A DNA stretch of 64,000 nt from Eledone cirrhosa (lineage: Eukaryota), in the NCBI GenBank assembly GCA_964016885.1, contig OZ024745.1, positions 37,262,001 through 37,326,000 of the forward strand, given 5' to 3'. The notes under the pieces are model-generated. The model was given only the letters and a program-made list of their open reading frames with translations. It was not told the DNA's origin and searched no databases. Below are positions 1 through 17,593 of this stretch, one piece after another; the stretch's first letter is position 1, and every line of letters starts with the position of its first letter. The position numbers were made by a program, and so were the translations under genes.

Positions 1-195
1 AAGTTACTTTCATAGTAACATGTATTATTAATGTAATATGTGTTTTAGAAAATTATGTTATGTATTTATTTGGAGATTTATGATGAGAGATGATGTGTTG
101 AAACTGAAACAATAATGTTGGGGAAGAGTCCTGGCAGCTATATATATATATAGCACTATAATTGTGTGTGTCTGTGTGTCTGTGTGTCTGTGTGC

Positions 196-243
<48 letters not shown>

Positions 244-282
244 GATATTAATAAATGGAAACTATATTTATAAAACCATATT

Positions 283-347
283 TATTTCATTATACATATT
301 TCAGGGATACCAAATTAAATTATGGTATGCCTTCATCAGACAAAATA
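283..347 (-). ncRNA. Type I hammerhead ribozyme (inverted-arm copy)
   Basis: Reverse complement of the 431-495 motif. Confidence 0.75.
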
Positions 348-430
348 CAACATATAACAGTTTTACAAATAAGCTTTGACGTACCCTATTAAAATGCAAC
401 CATTGTTTTTGGAAGTCATCCGGATAGTTG

Positions 431-495
431 TATTTTGTCTGATGAAGGCATACCATAATTTAATTTGGTATCCCTGAAATATGTATAATGAAATA
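431..495 (+). ncRNA. Type I hammerhead ribozyme
   Basis: Stem I tattttgt/atgaaata; CTGATGA 439-445; stem II agg-c-atacca/tggtat-c-cct; GAAA 476-479; minimal stem III t-atgt-a; AUA cleavage triplet. Confidence 0.8.
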
Positions 496-623
496 AATAT
501 GGTTTTATAAATATAGTTTCCATTTATTAATATCGTATATCTACTCCAAATACTTGTCGAGTGCTTTATATCAGTTATAAAAATATTTACTTGTTGTATC
601 CCAACAATTTTAAATAGAACTTT

Positions 624-703
<80 letters not shown>

Positions 704-823
704 CATATGTTTGTGTGTGTGTGTACGTGTGTTGGTATATATATATATATATGTGTGTGTACATATATTTGTATATATACATATATACATATATACATAC
801 ATATATATATTTATGTATATATA

Positions 824-928
<105 letters not shown>

Positions 929-959
929 AGATCAAAAGATGGTTAAAGGAGTTCCATAT

Positions 960-1028
960 ATTTTATTATGCGCATTTCAAAAACAAACATCATCAAGCAA
1001 TAATATTTGTGTTTTCATCAGATAAAAC
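960..1028 (-). ncRNA. Type I hammerhead ribozyme (inverted-arm copy)
   Basis: Reverse complement of 1151-1219. Confidence 0.75.
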
Positions 1029-1150
1029 AGGAGAACATGATATGAAGGCTAAAAAAACACTTGTTGATAGTGCAGTTTTTAATCAACATATGTTGATTAA
1101 AAACTGCACTATCAACAAGTGTTTTTTTAGCCTTCATATCATGTTCTCCT

Positions 1151-1219
1151 GTTTTATCTGATGAAAACACAAATATTATTGCTTGATGATGTTTGTTTTT
1201 GAAATGCGCATAATAAAAT
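1151..1219 (+). ncRNA. Type I hammerhead ribozyme
   Basis: gttttat-CTGATGA-(AT-rich stem II)-GAAA-tgcgca-TA-ataaaat; palindromic atgcgcat stem III typical of minimal PLE hammerheads. Confidence 0.8.
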
Positions 1220-1346
1220 ATATGGAACTCCTTTAACCATCTTTTGATCTTATATTATGCATACTCCAGTCCCACAAACTGTAGAGTGCTTCTTATCCGA
1301 TATCTGCATTGCTTTATTGTACTACAATAAAACTCACCTCCTACAT

Positions 1347-1380
<34 letters not shown>

Positions 1381-2161
1381 TACATACATGATCCCTTGAT
1401 AGGAAAGAAGACAGAGTGGGTTTGGCAGAAGACAATGTTCAAATGTTGGCAAGAGAACCAAGCTGTAAAGTAAGTGAAGTAATTAGTGTTGTAGAAGAAA
1501 AAATAATGAACTGTGATTATCTGACATGTAGAAGTAGAGTGATGGGAGTGGCTGTTTCTCCGCCCTAGCCCTCTGGTGAGTAGATGTGAAACACTATAAT
1601 TTTTGATCGAGTAATATTTATATCCATAGCTATTTGAATATTTAATCTTGCGTTTTATCTGAGGGTTTACTATCTTACCTAACTTTATCACCATTGCTTC
1701 TTCAATAAAATAGATATATGTTTTTATTCATCCTTTATACATCTAACGCTGCATGACAGAACGAGAAAGAGAGAGGGTGGGAGAGAAAGTGACTGAGTGA
1801 GCGTGAGAAAAACACACACACATACGGACATATAAAAAAGGAACGAACGGACAAACTAAAGAAAGAAAGAAAGAATGAAGGAAGGAAGGAAGGAAGGAAT
1901 GGGTGAATAAAAAAATATGAATGAAAAAAGAAAGAATCGACAATGACGATTTATTTATTGGCCTTGGAAAGATGAAAGGCAAAGTTGATCCTCAACAGGA
2001 TTTGACATTAAAACACAGAAAGCCAGAAGAAATACTACATGACATTCTAAAGCGATACCATAACGACTTTGGTGATGTACTGAGTTCGATAAATTGAATG
2101 TACCATAATTTAAAATATGCGCATTTGTGTTAATGGTAATATGAAGAAAGGGGAAGATGTA

Positions 2162-2312
2162 AAAACCAAACTTGCTATCTTGAATTCAGTATTCGTGCCA
2201 ACCCTTACCTATAATCATGAATCTTGGGTAATGACCTAAAGAATATGATCGTGGATGCAAGCAGCCAAAATTGGAAGGAGTGTTTGAGCCTCTCAGGAAT
2301 AAGTGGGCGAAG

Positions 2313-2342
<30 letters not shown>
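2162..2342 (+). mobile_element. Decayed RTE-type LINE RT fragment followed by (GAA)n
   Basis: Translates KTKLAILNSVFVPTLTYNHESWVMT*RI*SWMQAAK, resembling the RTE post-RT P.L.YG.E.W motif. Confidence 0.55.
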
Positions 2343-2343
<1 letters not shown>

Positions 2344-4082
2344 GTTAATGGTGATAATCAATAGAGGGCGCAACATGGGGGAAAGGTTAAAAAATTCAGT
2401 TCGCAAATATAAAGTTTCGAACTCCATGGTATTTTGGGCAAGTGTCATTTACCACAACTTTTGATCTACTCAAACCATGAGAGTGAATTAGGCTCAAGGA
2501 AACTCCTTGGAAGACCGTCCACTGTATTTCACCTGCTACTCAAATGACCAGTCTTGTCACACGCTCCGTCACGTTGATTCTCCCTGACAATTATGTGTCA
2601 GTCAAATGCTTTGCAGCTTATGCGTTAATTCCACGAGCAAGGAGTTTAGTTGATCGATGTTGTAAATGGAATACTCATTGTCGAAACGGATGGAGGCCCA
2701 TTCTATTTCCTACATATATAAAAACCAGTAAAATATACGAATGACATAGACAGAGACTTTCAGAAGATGAGTAACTGTTATGGCTGTGGTTGTTGTTGGT
2801 TAACCTCAGTTCTGTCCTCATTTAGATCTAACATCAAAGGCGTTCTGACCATGACCACCACATTACACCCACATACAACATTACACCCACATACACTCAC
2901 ATACACGCACACGCACGCACACATATATATATGCATACATAGAAGCAAACAAATATGTATATGTATATAAATATATATATATGTAAAAGGTAAACAAAAA
3001 TAACAACATAATCGGTACAGTATATGGTACACATATATATTAGGTTAACGCTTGATATATTAGGAAGAGGGTCTTAACGTTTTGGACGCTAGTCCTTCAT
3101 CAGAAGAAAGAATGAGAAATAAAATAGATTGAAGGGACGGGCGGGATGGAATTGGAAAACAATGTCTTTAGATAAAATTAACAGGTCCATTCATGTTGAC
3201 ATCTCTTGCAAAACTGTTGGTGCTAGCGTTTTGTGTATGATTTATTTTTTAGAAAAGTGGATGATGGAGCGCGTCTACCTGAAATGGAAAAAAAAACCGT
3301 TTTGTAAAAAGAGCTATACTTGAGCACGTGCGTAAGCATGTGTTTGTGTGTGTGTTATCATAGGTCCGTGCGAAGCTAAGAAGAAATGTGTGTAAATGTG
3401 TAAATGTGAGTAAAAGTATGTGTGTGCATGTAAGTACGAAGCTATGAGCAAAAGTATGTTAATATAAGGGTATATTTATATAAGCGTGTGTGTGTGCGCG
3501 CACGTATGAGAGTGAGAGTGTGTGTGTGTATGTGCGTATAAGCGACTCGTCTATAAGAGAGGAATATATGCTTTCTTTAATTATGGTGCATTGATGTTGC
3601 TTCATTCGGATTTACGGTTATGACTAAGTTCATACTTCTTATAAAAGGCAAGCATCTCTGTAAATATTTATGCTCATTGTATATTCATAAAAGAAAAAAA
3701 AAATCTTAGAAACAGACTTCAATGTTTAAAGCTGCAATCACAATATGTCTCAAGAGAAATTCAGTCAGAGAATACATTTTGACCTTGAACAATGAAACAA
3801 CAATAATATGAAAGATTTGTTGAAATGTCAAAATACTAAATGTTCTAGAATTTATTTTTATAAATAAATTTGTTATTATAATCAGCTTCTTTAACATCAA
3901 ATTCAACATTCATGGTATAAATGTACTTTTGTCTTTTACCCGTTCCAGTCATTAGACTGCAACAAACCCAGGGCAATAACTTGATATAGTTCTTCAGACC
4001 GATCCTACTACTTACTTTTTAAGTCTAGTATTTATTTAATCACTCTCTATCTTGTCGAACAGCTAAGTTATTACACACACAC

Positions 4083-4125
<43 letters not shown>

Positions 4126-4686
4126 TATATGTGTGTGTGTGTGTATTGGACGAGCTTTTGCAGTTTCTAACTACTAAATTCCTCCCACGATTCTATAGTA
4201 GAAGACATATGCCCACAGAAGGAACTTCTTAATCGCATAGAATATTTAAAACAGTTTTGATACGATACCGCCCCTGGTTATATCATACATGATCACTGAA
4301 CACTTGTGATATACTGTGTCTTAATCATTTAATCCTGACGAAGCCCATTCCTCTCCCTGTCTGATTACAGCATTACCAATAAAAATAAAGAGAAGAAAAT
4401 TCAAAGGAAGGAACTACCACAGTAGTGCACTGTATGAGAAGATGAATGGCAAAGTTGACCTTGGTGAGACTTGATCTCGGGTTGGGGTTGGGGCCTATTA
4501 CTACGACGCAGTTTATCCGACGTTCTATCGAATCTTATAATTCATTGCTTTGCTTCTATGCTTCAGAAAATGTTTGTCATTTCATATTACACTACTTTAT
4601 AAAATTGAATATTTTTATAAATAAATCAAGATAGCTTGTAGAAACTACATACCAGTATATATATATATATATATATATATATAACT

Positions 4687-4785
<99 letters not shown>

Positions 4786-4792
4786 GTATATA

Positions 4793-4835
<43 letters not shown>

Positions 4836-4836
4836 G

Positions 4837-4918
<82 letters not shown>

Positions 4919-4962
4919 TTATATATATATATACATATATATATACATATATATATATATAA

Positions 4963-5042
<80 letters not shown>

Positions 5043-5043
5043 A

Positions 5044-5083
<40 letters not shown>

Positions 5084-5575
5084 TTATAGTAAGACAAAAT
5101 ACAACCAGAGTACTTGAAAAATAAGTGTTTATTTGATCACAATTGTTTCGAAGGGTAAGATCAAAATTTGATCTATAAAGGCACATACTATTAATATTTG
5201 AATCAATAGGTCTACGTGTTATTAAAAGCAAATCATAACCCTAACCTCTTGTTCGGAACGTACAAACAAATTTTTAAAATATGTCACTTAGGGACGAGAT
5301 AAACAAGCATGAAAAACATACCAGTAATTTTATCAGAAAAAAAAACATATATATATATATATAGTACAATAGCTGTAAATCGAAGTTTAGCTGTTGTATT
5401 GCAAGTGCTATTCGATTTGTTTGCGGAATTCACTAAGCACTCAATGGATCGAAAGTTAAAAACAAGTACTAGGCCCAGAATAAACTCAACAGTTATAAAG
5501 TGTGACACCAAGAAAACCGACCGAAGGCACCCGCTATACATACAACATACATATAACATAACTACGATAGATACA

Positions 5576-5625
<50 letters not shown>

Positions 5626-5656
5626 CACTCTCTCTCTATATATATATACACCTCAC

Positions 5657-6354
<698 letters not shown>

Positions 6355-6356
6355 AG

Positions 6357-6389
<33 letters not shown>

Positions 6390-6487
6390 TATATATATAT
6401 TGTAGGTCGTTAGCTTGGCCGCAGCCAAAGCTTCGATTTTACTAAGCTTCCTCTTGTATATATATATATATTCCTATCCTTTCCCAT

Positions 6488-6557
<70 letters not shown>

Positions 6558-7099
6558 TACACACACACACACATATATATACACATATATATATATTTAT
6601 ATATATATATACAAACACAGACACATATAACTCCACCCCTACGCTGACGCTGTTTCTCCTTGTATTGATAATAAAATAGCAATATTTTCAGAGTCTAAGT
6701 AACAACTTAATCACCATGACCTTATTTTCTTATTTGTTTAACCCTGCAACGTCTATTGTTAACAATTCTTGACGCTTCAAATACTACGATCTTATGGGAA
6801 GAAAACGACAAAGTTGAAAGCTTGAACGAGCTGTGTATTCTTTACGTTTGAACTGCATTATTGTTTGCACGCAATTATTGTTGTTACAAATTTTCAGTCA
6901 TGCTTTCAATGTTGCCTATAAAATTGTTTCTTCGTATTGATCATTTAGGCTTTATAGGATTAAGCTGTTAAGGATATCAACCTGAAGACTTTTATATATT
7001 TACTCTTTAACTTCTCCTGAGCTCTAGTTTCATTTTCTTTTTCTTCTTTTCAGCTTCTATTAGATTTTCTATCCATCTACTATTTATTATCGTCCATAC

Positions 7100-8535
7100 A
7101 TTCATTTGATCATTCTCGCCCATCAAAGTGAATCTCTTCTCCAACGCTGAGCAATACATCTGCTTCTCTTTTAATAGAACGATATTCTTTCTTAGTCTCT
7201 CGTTCGTTCTCTTTCGGGCACTTCTCCATTCACACAAGAGTATTGTTATATTTGTGGACGCAGATATGACTGTGTATTTAAGAAATTCTCTTCATGACGA
7301 CATGGTTTCAGATTTGATGCCATTGTATGAAACGAATAACAATTTTGAGCCACTTTCTTTCGCCGAGGCGTGGAATCTTAAGGAATCAACTGTTTATCAA
7401 GCCTTTCTGCTTTCTGGGATTGGGATCCCACATTTTGTTGGTGAAAGATGCTGGATAACCGTTGGATTCCAACAACTTGTGGATCTAGCTGCTTAGTGTA
7501 GGTAACTCTACTGACGTCATCACTGCATCTGTTTGCATCTCTGTATCTGTTTTGAATGCACGTGATTTCGTTTTCGATGTACCCTATTTTCGCACTGTTA
7601 GGGAGGGCAGATCTTTAATGGACAAACTGATCTCTGCAGGTCACTTTGCGGTAGACGTCGATGTTGATTTTATTGCTTTCGCTAACGTTCGGTCAGAAGT
7701 CAAGGAGGGCAAAAGATCCGGCGTCGGAAGGGAGCTCTATACTGAATTTAATGTGTCCATCCATGTTATTAAACGATTCGAATATCTCATTGGCCATCTC
7801 GTGCGTAGACATTAGAATGAGGATATGGTCCACGTATCTCACGAAGAATTCGACACGAGGATGGCATTCTGCGTTCAAGTTATCCATGTAGATATGGCCA
7901 GTATATTCGACAAGTTGGATCTCATTGGTAGTCCCGAGATCTGTCGGTACGTTTGGGTGAGAAAGTTGAAGAACTCGTTGTTGATGACAACTCTGTCATT
8001 CAGTTGCTCTGTAACGATAAACTTGTATCCTATGCATAGGAGTTCAAGCCCGGCGTTTGAGAAGGATCCAGCTAGGTCGGTGACGAGGCACTCCATGTCT
8101 GTGATGGTTATCATCCTGGTTGTGTCCACAATGGTGCGCCGGTTCATCTATCCGTTGGTGTTGGTGTTAATGTCGTTGTTGTGGTGGAGTAGACTGTTGT
8201 TGTGTTTGTTAAGAAAACATTTAACATTTTTGGTTTAGTCATTTCTTTTCGTGTTGAACCCGAGGGAGGTAGCAGTGTCGATTGCTTCAGTGGTTCAAAG
8301 GAGCAGATCTTCGAGTTTTAATGTTAGTAGTGTCGTCCGCTCTAAGAGTGTCTGTATGTGTAGGCGAAGCTGTCGGTGGAGATGTTGTAGGAGCTTCTTC
8401 ATACTTATGCATTGCATGTGGGTTATGGTGTTTCTGAAGATTAGTGAACGGAGTCAACCGAGAAAATGGTTGATTCTAATGGTGTTGGGTGTTACGCCGT
8501 TCTTCAGAAAGCATTTCAGAAAATTAATTTGGCAG
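7100..8535 (-). pseudogene. Decayed Penelope-like element ORF (RT remnants)
   Basis: Fragments GLPMRSNLSNILA, FFVRYVDHIL, HIKFSIE..FALLDF and N-terminal FLKCFLKNGVTP; frameshifts and deletions. Confidence 0.75.
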
Positions 8536-8727
8536 CCAGCTCTGGGCTTTTTCTCTGATATTCTGTATATGTGTATGTGTGTGTGTACAATAAAGCTTTT
8601 GTAACAAAGTCAACGACAATGGGCGAAAGTAGCTTATTATTTAACACTTTCCTACACCTAAGTCTTTCAGTAACTTTAAAACACCTTCTCTTTATTTCCC
8701 TTCTTCTTCTTCTTCTTCTTCTTCCAT

Positions 8728-8915
8728 CATAATTGTTTCTACTATTAAGGCCAGCAATTATCCCAGTAGATTACTGGTACTTTATTTTATCGACCCCGTA
8801 AGGATGAAAAGCAAAATTAACCTCGACGGGATTTGAACTCACACCATAAAGGGGCGTAACTCTCTGCTGCAAAGCATGGAGTCCGACCTACTGATACTGC
8901 CAATCCCCTGCCCTA
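8728..8915 (-). mobile_element. tRNA-derived SINE (main family)
   Basis: Shared core gtactttattttatcgaccccgtaaggatgaaa...gggatttgaactc (B box on - strand); many copies in the window. Confidence 0.8.
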
Positions 8916-9159
8916 TTCTTCTTTCATCATAATGTTGGGTTGGCAACATCGTTAGAGTGTTAAACACAATGCTTTTGTCCTATTTCATTTCGGCCCTTTA
9001 TATTCTGAGTTCAAATCCTGCCGCATTCAACTTTACTTTTCATCCTTTTGAGTTCGATAAAATATAGTTCCAGTCATATACTGAGGTCCATGTAATCGAC
9101 TGTCGCAATCTCCAAAATTGCTGGCGTTGCGTCTAAATTAGAAATCATTGTTATTGCTC

Positions 9160-9185
9160 TTATCACCATCATCGTCACCATCGTT

Positions 9186-9220
<35 letters not shown>

Positions 9221-10170
9221 TGTTATTGTTGTTGTTGTTGATGTCAATGTTATTCTTTCGAACCTTGTCGACTCCACCTTCTTTTGCCATAAAAAATATG
9301 CCCTCCTCCCCTTCCGCTATTTCCACTCCCCCCCCCCCCCCCCCACCTTCTTACAAACATTACTACCGCCACCACCATCATTATTACTCCGGCACCATCT
9401 TACATGCATTACCGTCACTAGCACCAACACCATTGTTGCCGCTACCATCACCTCCTCCACCATCACCGCACTGCTATCGCCGTATTTACGGCCACCATCA
9501 CCACCACCAGCTCTACCACCACCACTGACACCCCAACCGCCACCACCAACACCACTGACACCACAACCACCACAACCACCACAACCACCTCTAACACCCA
9601 AACACCACTGTCTTAAAGCATTACCATCATCACCAGCGCCACCACCAAAATCAACAGTATCTCACCTCCTCATCGTTATTATCACCATTATCATCATCAT
9701 AAGCACCCCCCAACCTACTACTATCACCATACATCCACCGCCATACAACCACCACTATCGACTTTACTATCGACCCCACGACCATCACCACTCAACAACC
9801 ACCATCATCGTAACTTCCAGCATCACCACCACTATCAAAACCACTTCTTCTATCACTACACCACCACTACCACCACTACCACCACCACACCATCAACACC
9901 ACCACTACCACCACCACTACCACCATCACCGCCACCACCACCACCACCACCACCACCACCATTAAGACAGTTAACACCACAATTAGCACCACCTCACCAC
10001 CTCAACATCATCGACTCTATTATCACCCAAACCACTACCACCACCACTACCTCCGTCACCAACACCACCAGCGACACTACCACCACTGCCACCACCACCA
10101 CCACCACTGCCACCACCACCACCACCACCACCACCACCACTAAGAGAGTCACCACCCCCATGCCTCACAA
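9160..10170. repeat. (GTC)n/(CCA)n low-complexity tract
   Basis: Degenerate CAC/CCA triplet array. Confidence 0.85.
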
Positions 10171-10237
10171 AAACACGCCCCACGAAGCATTCACTGCCGG
10201 GTGTAGTCAGTCGCTGCTACTTACATAAACATATATG

Positions 10238-10389
<152 letters not shown>

Positions 10390-10800
10390 CCATCTCCACA
10401 TATATGCGCACACATACACACACACACATATATACATGTGCAGGCGCGGGTCCGCGTATGCGTGCGCGCGTACAAGTGTGAGTGTGTTTGTGCGCTGACG
10501 ACACACATATACATCTATGTGCATGTGTGATTGTGTGTGTGTGGTGTGTCTGTTTCTGTGTTAGATGAGAGCCAGTGAGTCAGGATATATAGAACAAACG
10601 ACAACCAACAGGAGTCGAGATCGGAGCACACTTCATTTTACTCTAAATATAACAAACCAAACACCACCATAACTGAACAGCTTACTGCATATACTACATA
10701 CACGGTAAGTTAAACTATATTGGCAGATATATTCATCATATATTATTCTCTCTCCGCCTTGTTACTTCCTGAATGTGATTATACGCATTCAGTCGCTCCC

Positions 10801-10979
<179 letters not shown>

Positions 10980-10989
10980 TTGATGGTAG

Positions 10990-11085
<96 letters not shown>

Positions 11086-11095
11086 TTGATGGTAG

Positions 11096-11151
<56 letters not shown>

Positions 11152-11156
11152 TTATA

Positions 11157-11513
<357 letters not shown>

Positions 11514-11518
11514 ATATT

Positions 11519-11550
<32 letters not shown>

Positions 11551-11990
11551 TGTGTGTGTGTATATGTATATATATATACATATACATATATATATATATA
11601 TATATGAATGTATATAAATATATATATATGGTAACCGACTAGTACTTAGTGCTACCCTACATATTTATAGTTATATCAAACATGAATGTATATAAATGTA
11701 TATGTATGTGTATATATGTAAATATATATCTATGTATATGTGTGTATATATGTATTTTTAAATGGATGTATATATGTGTATATATTATATATATACGCGC
11801 GTGTGTGTTTGTGTGCGCGTGTGTGTGTGTACATATATGTATGTATACTTATAGTTTCACAATTGATATATATATCCTGTTATACATCGTTTAAACTTGT
11901 TTTTTGTATGTATATATGTATATAATATACATGTATGTGCACACACACACACGCGCACACATGCACTCATGCACACACACATACACACAC

Positions 11991-12038
<48 letters not shown>

Positions 12039-12153
12039 GTGTGTGTGTGTGTATATATGTGTGTGTTTGTGTGTGTGTATATATATGTGTGTGTGTGTGT
12101 ATATATATGTGTGTGTGTGTGTGTGTATATATATATGTGTGTGTATATATATA

Positions 12154-12184
<31 letters not shown>

Positions 12185-13884
12185 GTGTGTGTTTGTATTT
12201 ATATATATGTGTGTGTATATATATATGTGTGTGTGTATATATATATATGTGTGTGTGTGTGTATATATATATATATGTGTGTGTATATATATATATGTGT
12301 GTGTGTGTGTATATATATATGTGTGTGTATATATATATATATGTGTGTGTATATATATATGTGTGTGCATATATATGTGTGTGTGTGTATATATATATAT
12401 ATATGTGTGTGTATGTGTCTTATATATGGAATATACAGGACCATAGTATATGATTTAAGCAGTCACGCGCCCACACACACACATACACGCACACACACAC
12501 AGATATATATATATAGTCACACACACACAAACAGACAAGTATATATTCACACCATTTATATTGTATATATAAATATAGTGATTGTTTGTATTTGGCATAA
12601 AACGTCGTAATTGTGGGTGAGAAAGAAAGTTACTCGCCTGAATTCCAACGATACTGTATGAAATATGGGCCCTAGAGAGAGGGAAATTAGAGTCAACTCT
12701 GATCGGAATTGAACTCAGAGCTCTATGGTACATTATTACATATCGCATGACATTTCCCTCCTATACCCTCTACTGTGTCTGTCACTATACTACTCCATAT
12801 TTATTAAGTTATTATTGATTTCTTCGGCTAAAAGTCAATTGAATCTACATTTATTATAACAACATATCGATAAAGCGTCGGACTAAATGCTTTATGGTAT
12901 TTGTCCTCCGCCCTGTTTTTTATATAATGGGTTCAAATCCACTGAGCTCATTTTTATTTTACAATATTCCAGGGTCGAAAAAATTAAAGCTAAAGCAGAT
13001 ATCGCTTACTCAATACTGGACTGTGATGTGCTGTGAGATGGATGTAAATGTAGGGTAGGCTATATCACTCACGCCATCAGTGTTCTTACTAAATTGGTGC
13101 CATACCTTAAAGAAATATATAACTGTTTACTATTTACTAATTCTATCACTAAAAACTAATTGTGGGCAGGAGTATGACCATGTCTGCGAGAGCATGATCA
13201 AGTCGTTAATAATTTGGCCTCATAGCTATGTGTATCGTTGTTCTATCCCAGTTCGTGCCACTTCAGTTAAGTGTCTTCTACTATAGCAACGGTTTGATCA
13301 AAACCCAGAGGTCCGTCTTGATACTTGGGGGTGCACTTAACCCGTCACTGGGTTTAATATTACCCCCTGACACTTGCGTATCTTTAGCAGAATCTACGCT
13401 GTTGCAAACATTCTAACCAATCCCAAACATTCTAACCAAAAGGTTATTCCTCAAATATGCATGGGAGGGCCCAACAAGATCGTGAATAGAGCACTTCATT
13501 CTCCGACTAAGACTAAATAATAAAATAAAATAAATATCAATAATTTCTAAAATTGGGGACGAGGGTGTAATCGATTTATTCGAAATAGATTACCGGTTCT
13601 TTAGTTTATAGATCTTCAAGGGATGAGAAATAAAGATGATTTGAACCCTCAACGTCTTGGGACGTAAGACATTGCCTAACAGATACTCCAAAACATTTCT
13701 GCTACACTGTGCAATAAATAATATCATAATCAGGATAGTGTAATCATCTGTCACAGCATGAGATATAGGTTACCTATGCATTAGGCAACGAGGGGCCTTA
13801 TACAACCAGCTAAAAATAACAGCCAAACCTCATTCAATTAACAACTTACCGTCTGTTTAAATACAAAAACAAAGATAAGATATT

Positions 13885-15939
<2,055 letters not shown>

Positions 15940-15971
15940 AGAAAAACCACAGACCCTCCATCTCAACTCTA

Positions 15972-16007
15972 CTTTTGAAAAGCAGAAGAACTGCGAAACC
16001 GGTAAAG
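15972..16007 (+). ncRNA. Variant-core hammerhead-like motif (TTGAAAA core)
   Basis: ctt-TTGAAAA-gcag.agaa.ctgc-GAAA-ccgg-TA-aag, followed by AATAAA. Confidence 0.45.
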
Positions 16008-16085
16008 GAACCAAATAAATATATATATTTTCTTTTAAATAAGACTCCAGTTCCATTTTCGATTTCATCTTTTTCTCTTTATCTC

Positions 16086-16171
<86 letters not shown>

Positions 16172-16524
16172 CGTGTGTGCGTGTGTGTTTGTACGTGGAT
16201 GTGGAAATATCTGTGTTTAGTTTACTCTTTATTTATATCACGTAATTTAAGTGTTCTGGAAAAAAGTGGTCGATAAAATAAGTACCAGACCTGACAAAAA
16301 AGATATCGATATGATCGGCTAAATTATCTTCAGCAAGGTGTTCCAGTGTGGCTGCGTTCTAATGATTGAAAACAATAGTCTATTTGCTCTTCTCTCCCGC
16401 TCTCTCTCTCTTTCTCTTTCTGCGGATATGTATGTACGTTTAGATTTCATCCAACCTGTTTTTGCGTATGCATTTCTATATGTATGTATGTATGTATGCA
16501 TGTATGCATGTATGTATGCATGTC

Positions 16525-16555
<31 letters not shown>

Positions 16556-16574
16556 TTATGTCAGGTCACCAGTC

Positions 16575-17152
16575 GGTGCTACTGGTAACATGTATCCCAG
16601 TACAACCTTTCCCATGGCGACTAAACTGGCAACCCCACCAAGGTGTCTTGGTGAGGAGGGTGACTTTGGACATCCTGCAGGACTAAAAACAAAACCTGTC
16701 AAAGGGCAAAGGACCTCTTTAGAGTCAATGGCCATCCAAAATCACCGGGAGAGATGACCCCTTAGCCTTTGTTAAGGCAGAATTCTAGGAGAAGGAAAAC
16801 TCTGATATAACACCTGCAACCCTGATGGTATCCAATGATGTTGACTTGTTCTTTTTGGTAAATATAATGTTGGTTAAGAGAGTGGGACTGGCTTTGTGCA
16901 GTGCCTTTGCTCACTATAAAAGCTTCACGGCACAGGCATTGCTTTATATCTGGAGATCACTCTGCACTTGTCATCACATGGTACCATGGGCCCAGCACTA
17001 TGTGTCAATAATTGTCACAAGTGTAGTGTTTGTACCAGAGTTTTCAAGTCGCTGGCTGAACTGAAAAGTCACACTTGTTCAGCGCATGGGTAGGGCTTCT
17101 CCTACATGGATATAAAGTCGTGGCTGTACTCGAAAACGAGTTGGCAGCCACC
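16575..17152 (+). mobile_element. About 590-bp interspersed repeat, copy 2
   Basis: Inverted copy of 5762-6354, within (TATG)n. Confidence 0.6.
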
Positions 17153-17513
17153 GTGTTTGTATGTATGTATGTATGCATGTCTATATGTATTATGTATGTA
17201 TGTATGTATGTATGTATGTATGTATGTATGTATGTATGTGTTGGACCCCCATCGGTTGCGATGATTATATATATCTATCGATACGGTAAAAGTAGAGTGT
17301 AACTACCAGATGAAGGTAATAAGGGTTTTCTGCACTTATGGTTAAACTTTTACCGTATCGATAGTAGATGAAGAACTCTATCTGCTACCGATCTTCATCT
17401 GTTATTTACACTCTACCTTTACCGTATCTTCATCTGTTACTGTTATTTACACTCTACTTTTTCTAAGTCTGCAGTAAATGGTGTATGATGGCCTTACCTT
17501 TAAACCAGTAACA

Positions 17514-17593
<80 letters not shown>

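Larger units (their letters stand above)
240..626 (+). mobile_element. Non-coding fold-back cassette in (TA)n, resembling a Penelope pseudo-LTR (inverted arm, direct arm, tail)
   Basis: About 240-351 is the reverse complement of about 427-538; each arm carries a hammerhead; unique tail 539-626; flanked by (TA)n; related copy at 62603-62875. Confidence 0.75.

Noticed and set aside
9148-10183. Pro/His/Gly-rich ORFs
   Set aside because: Low-complexity triplet repeats, open on both strands
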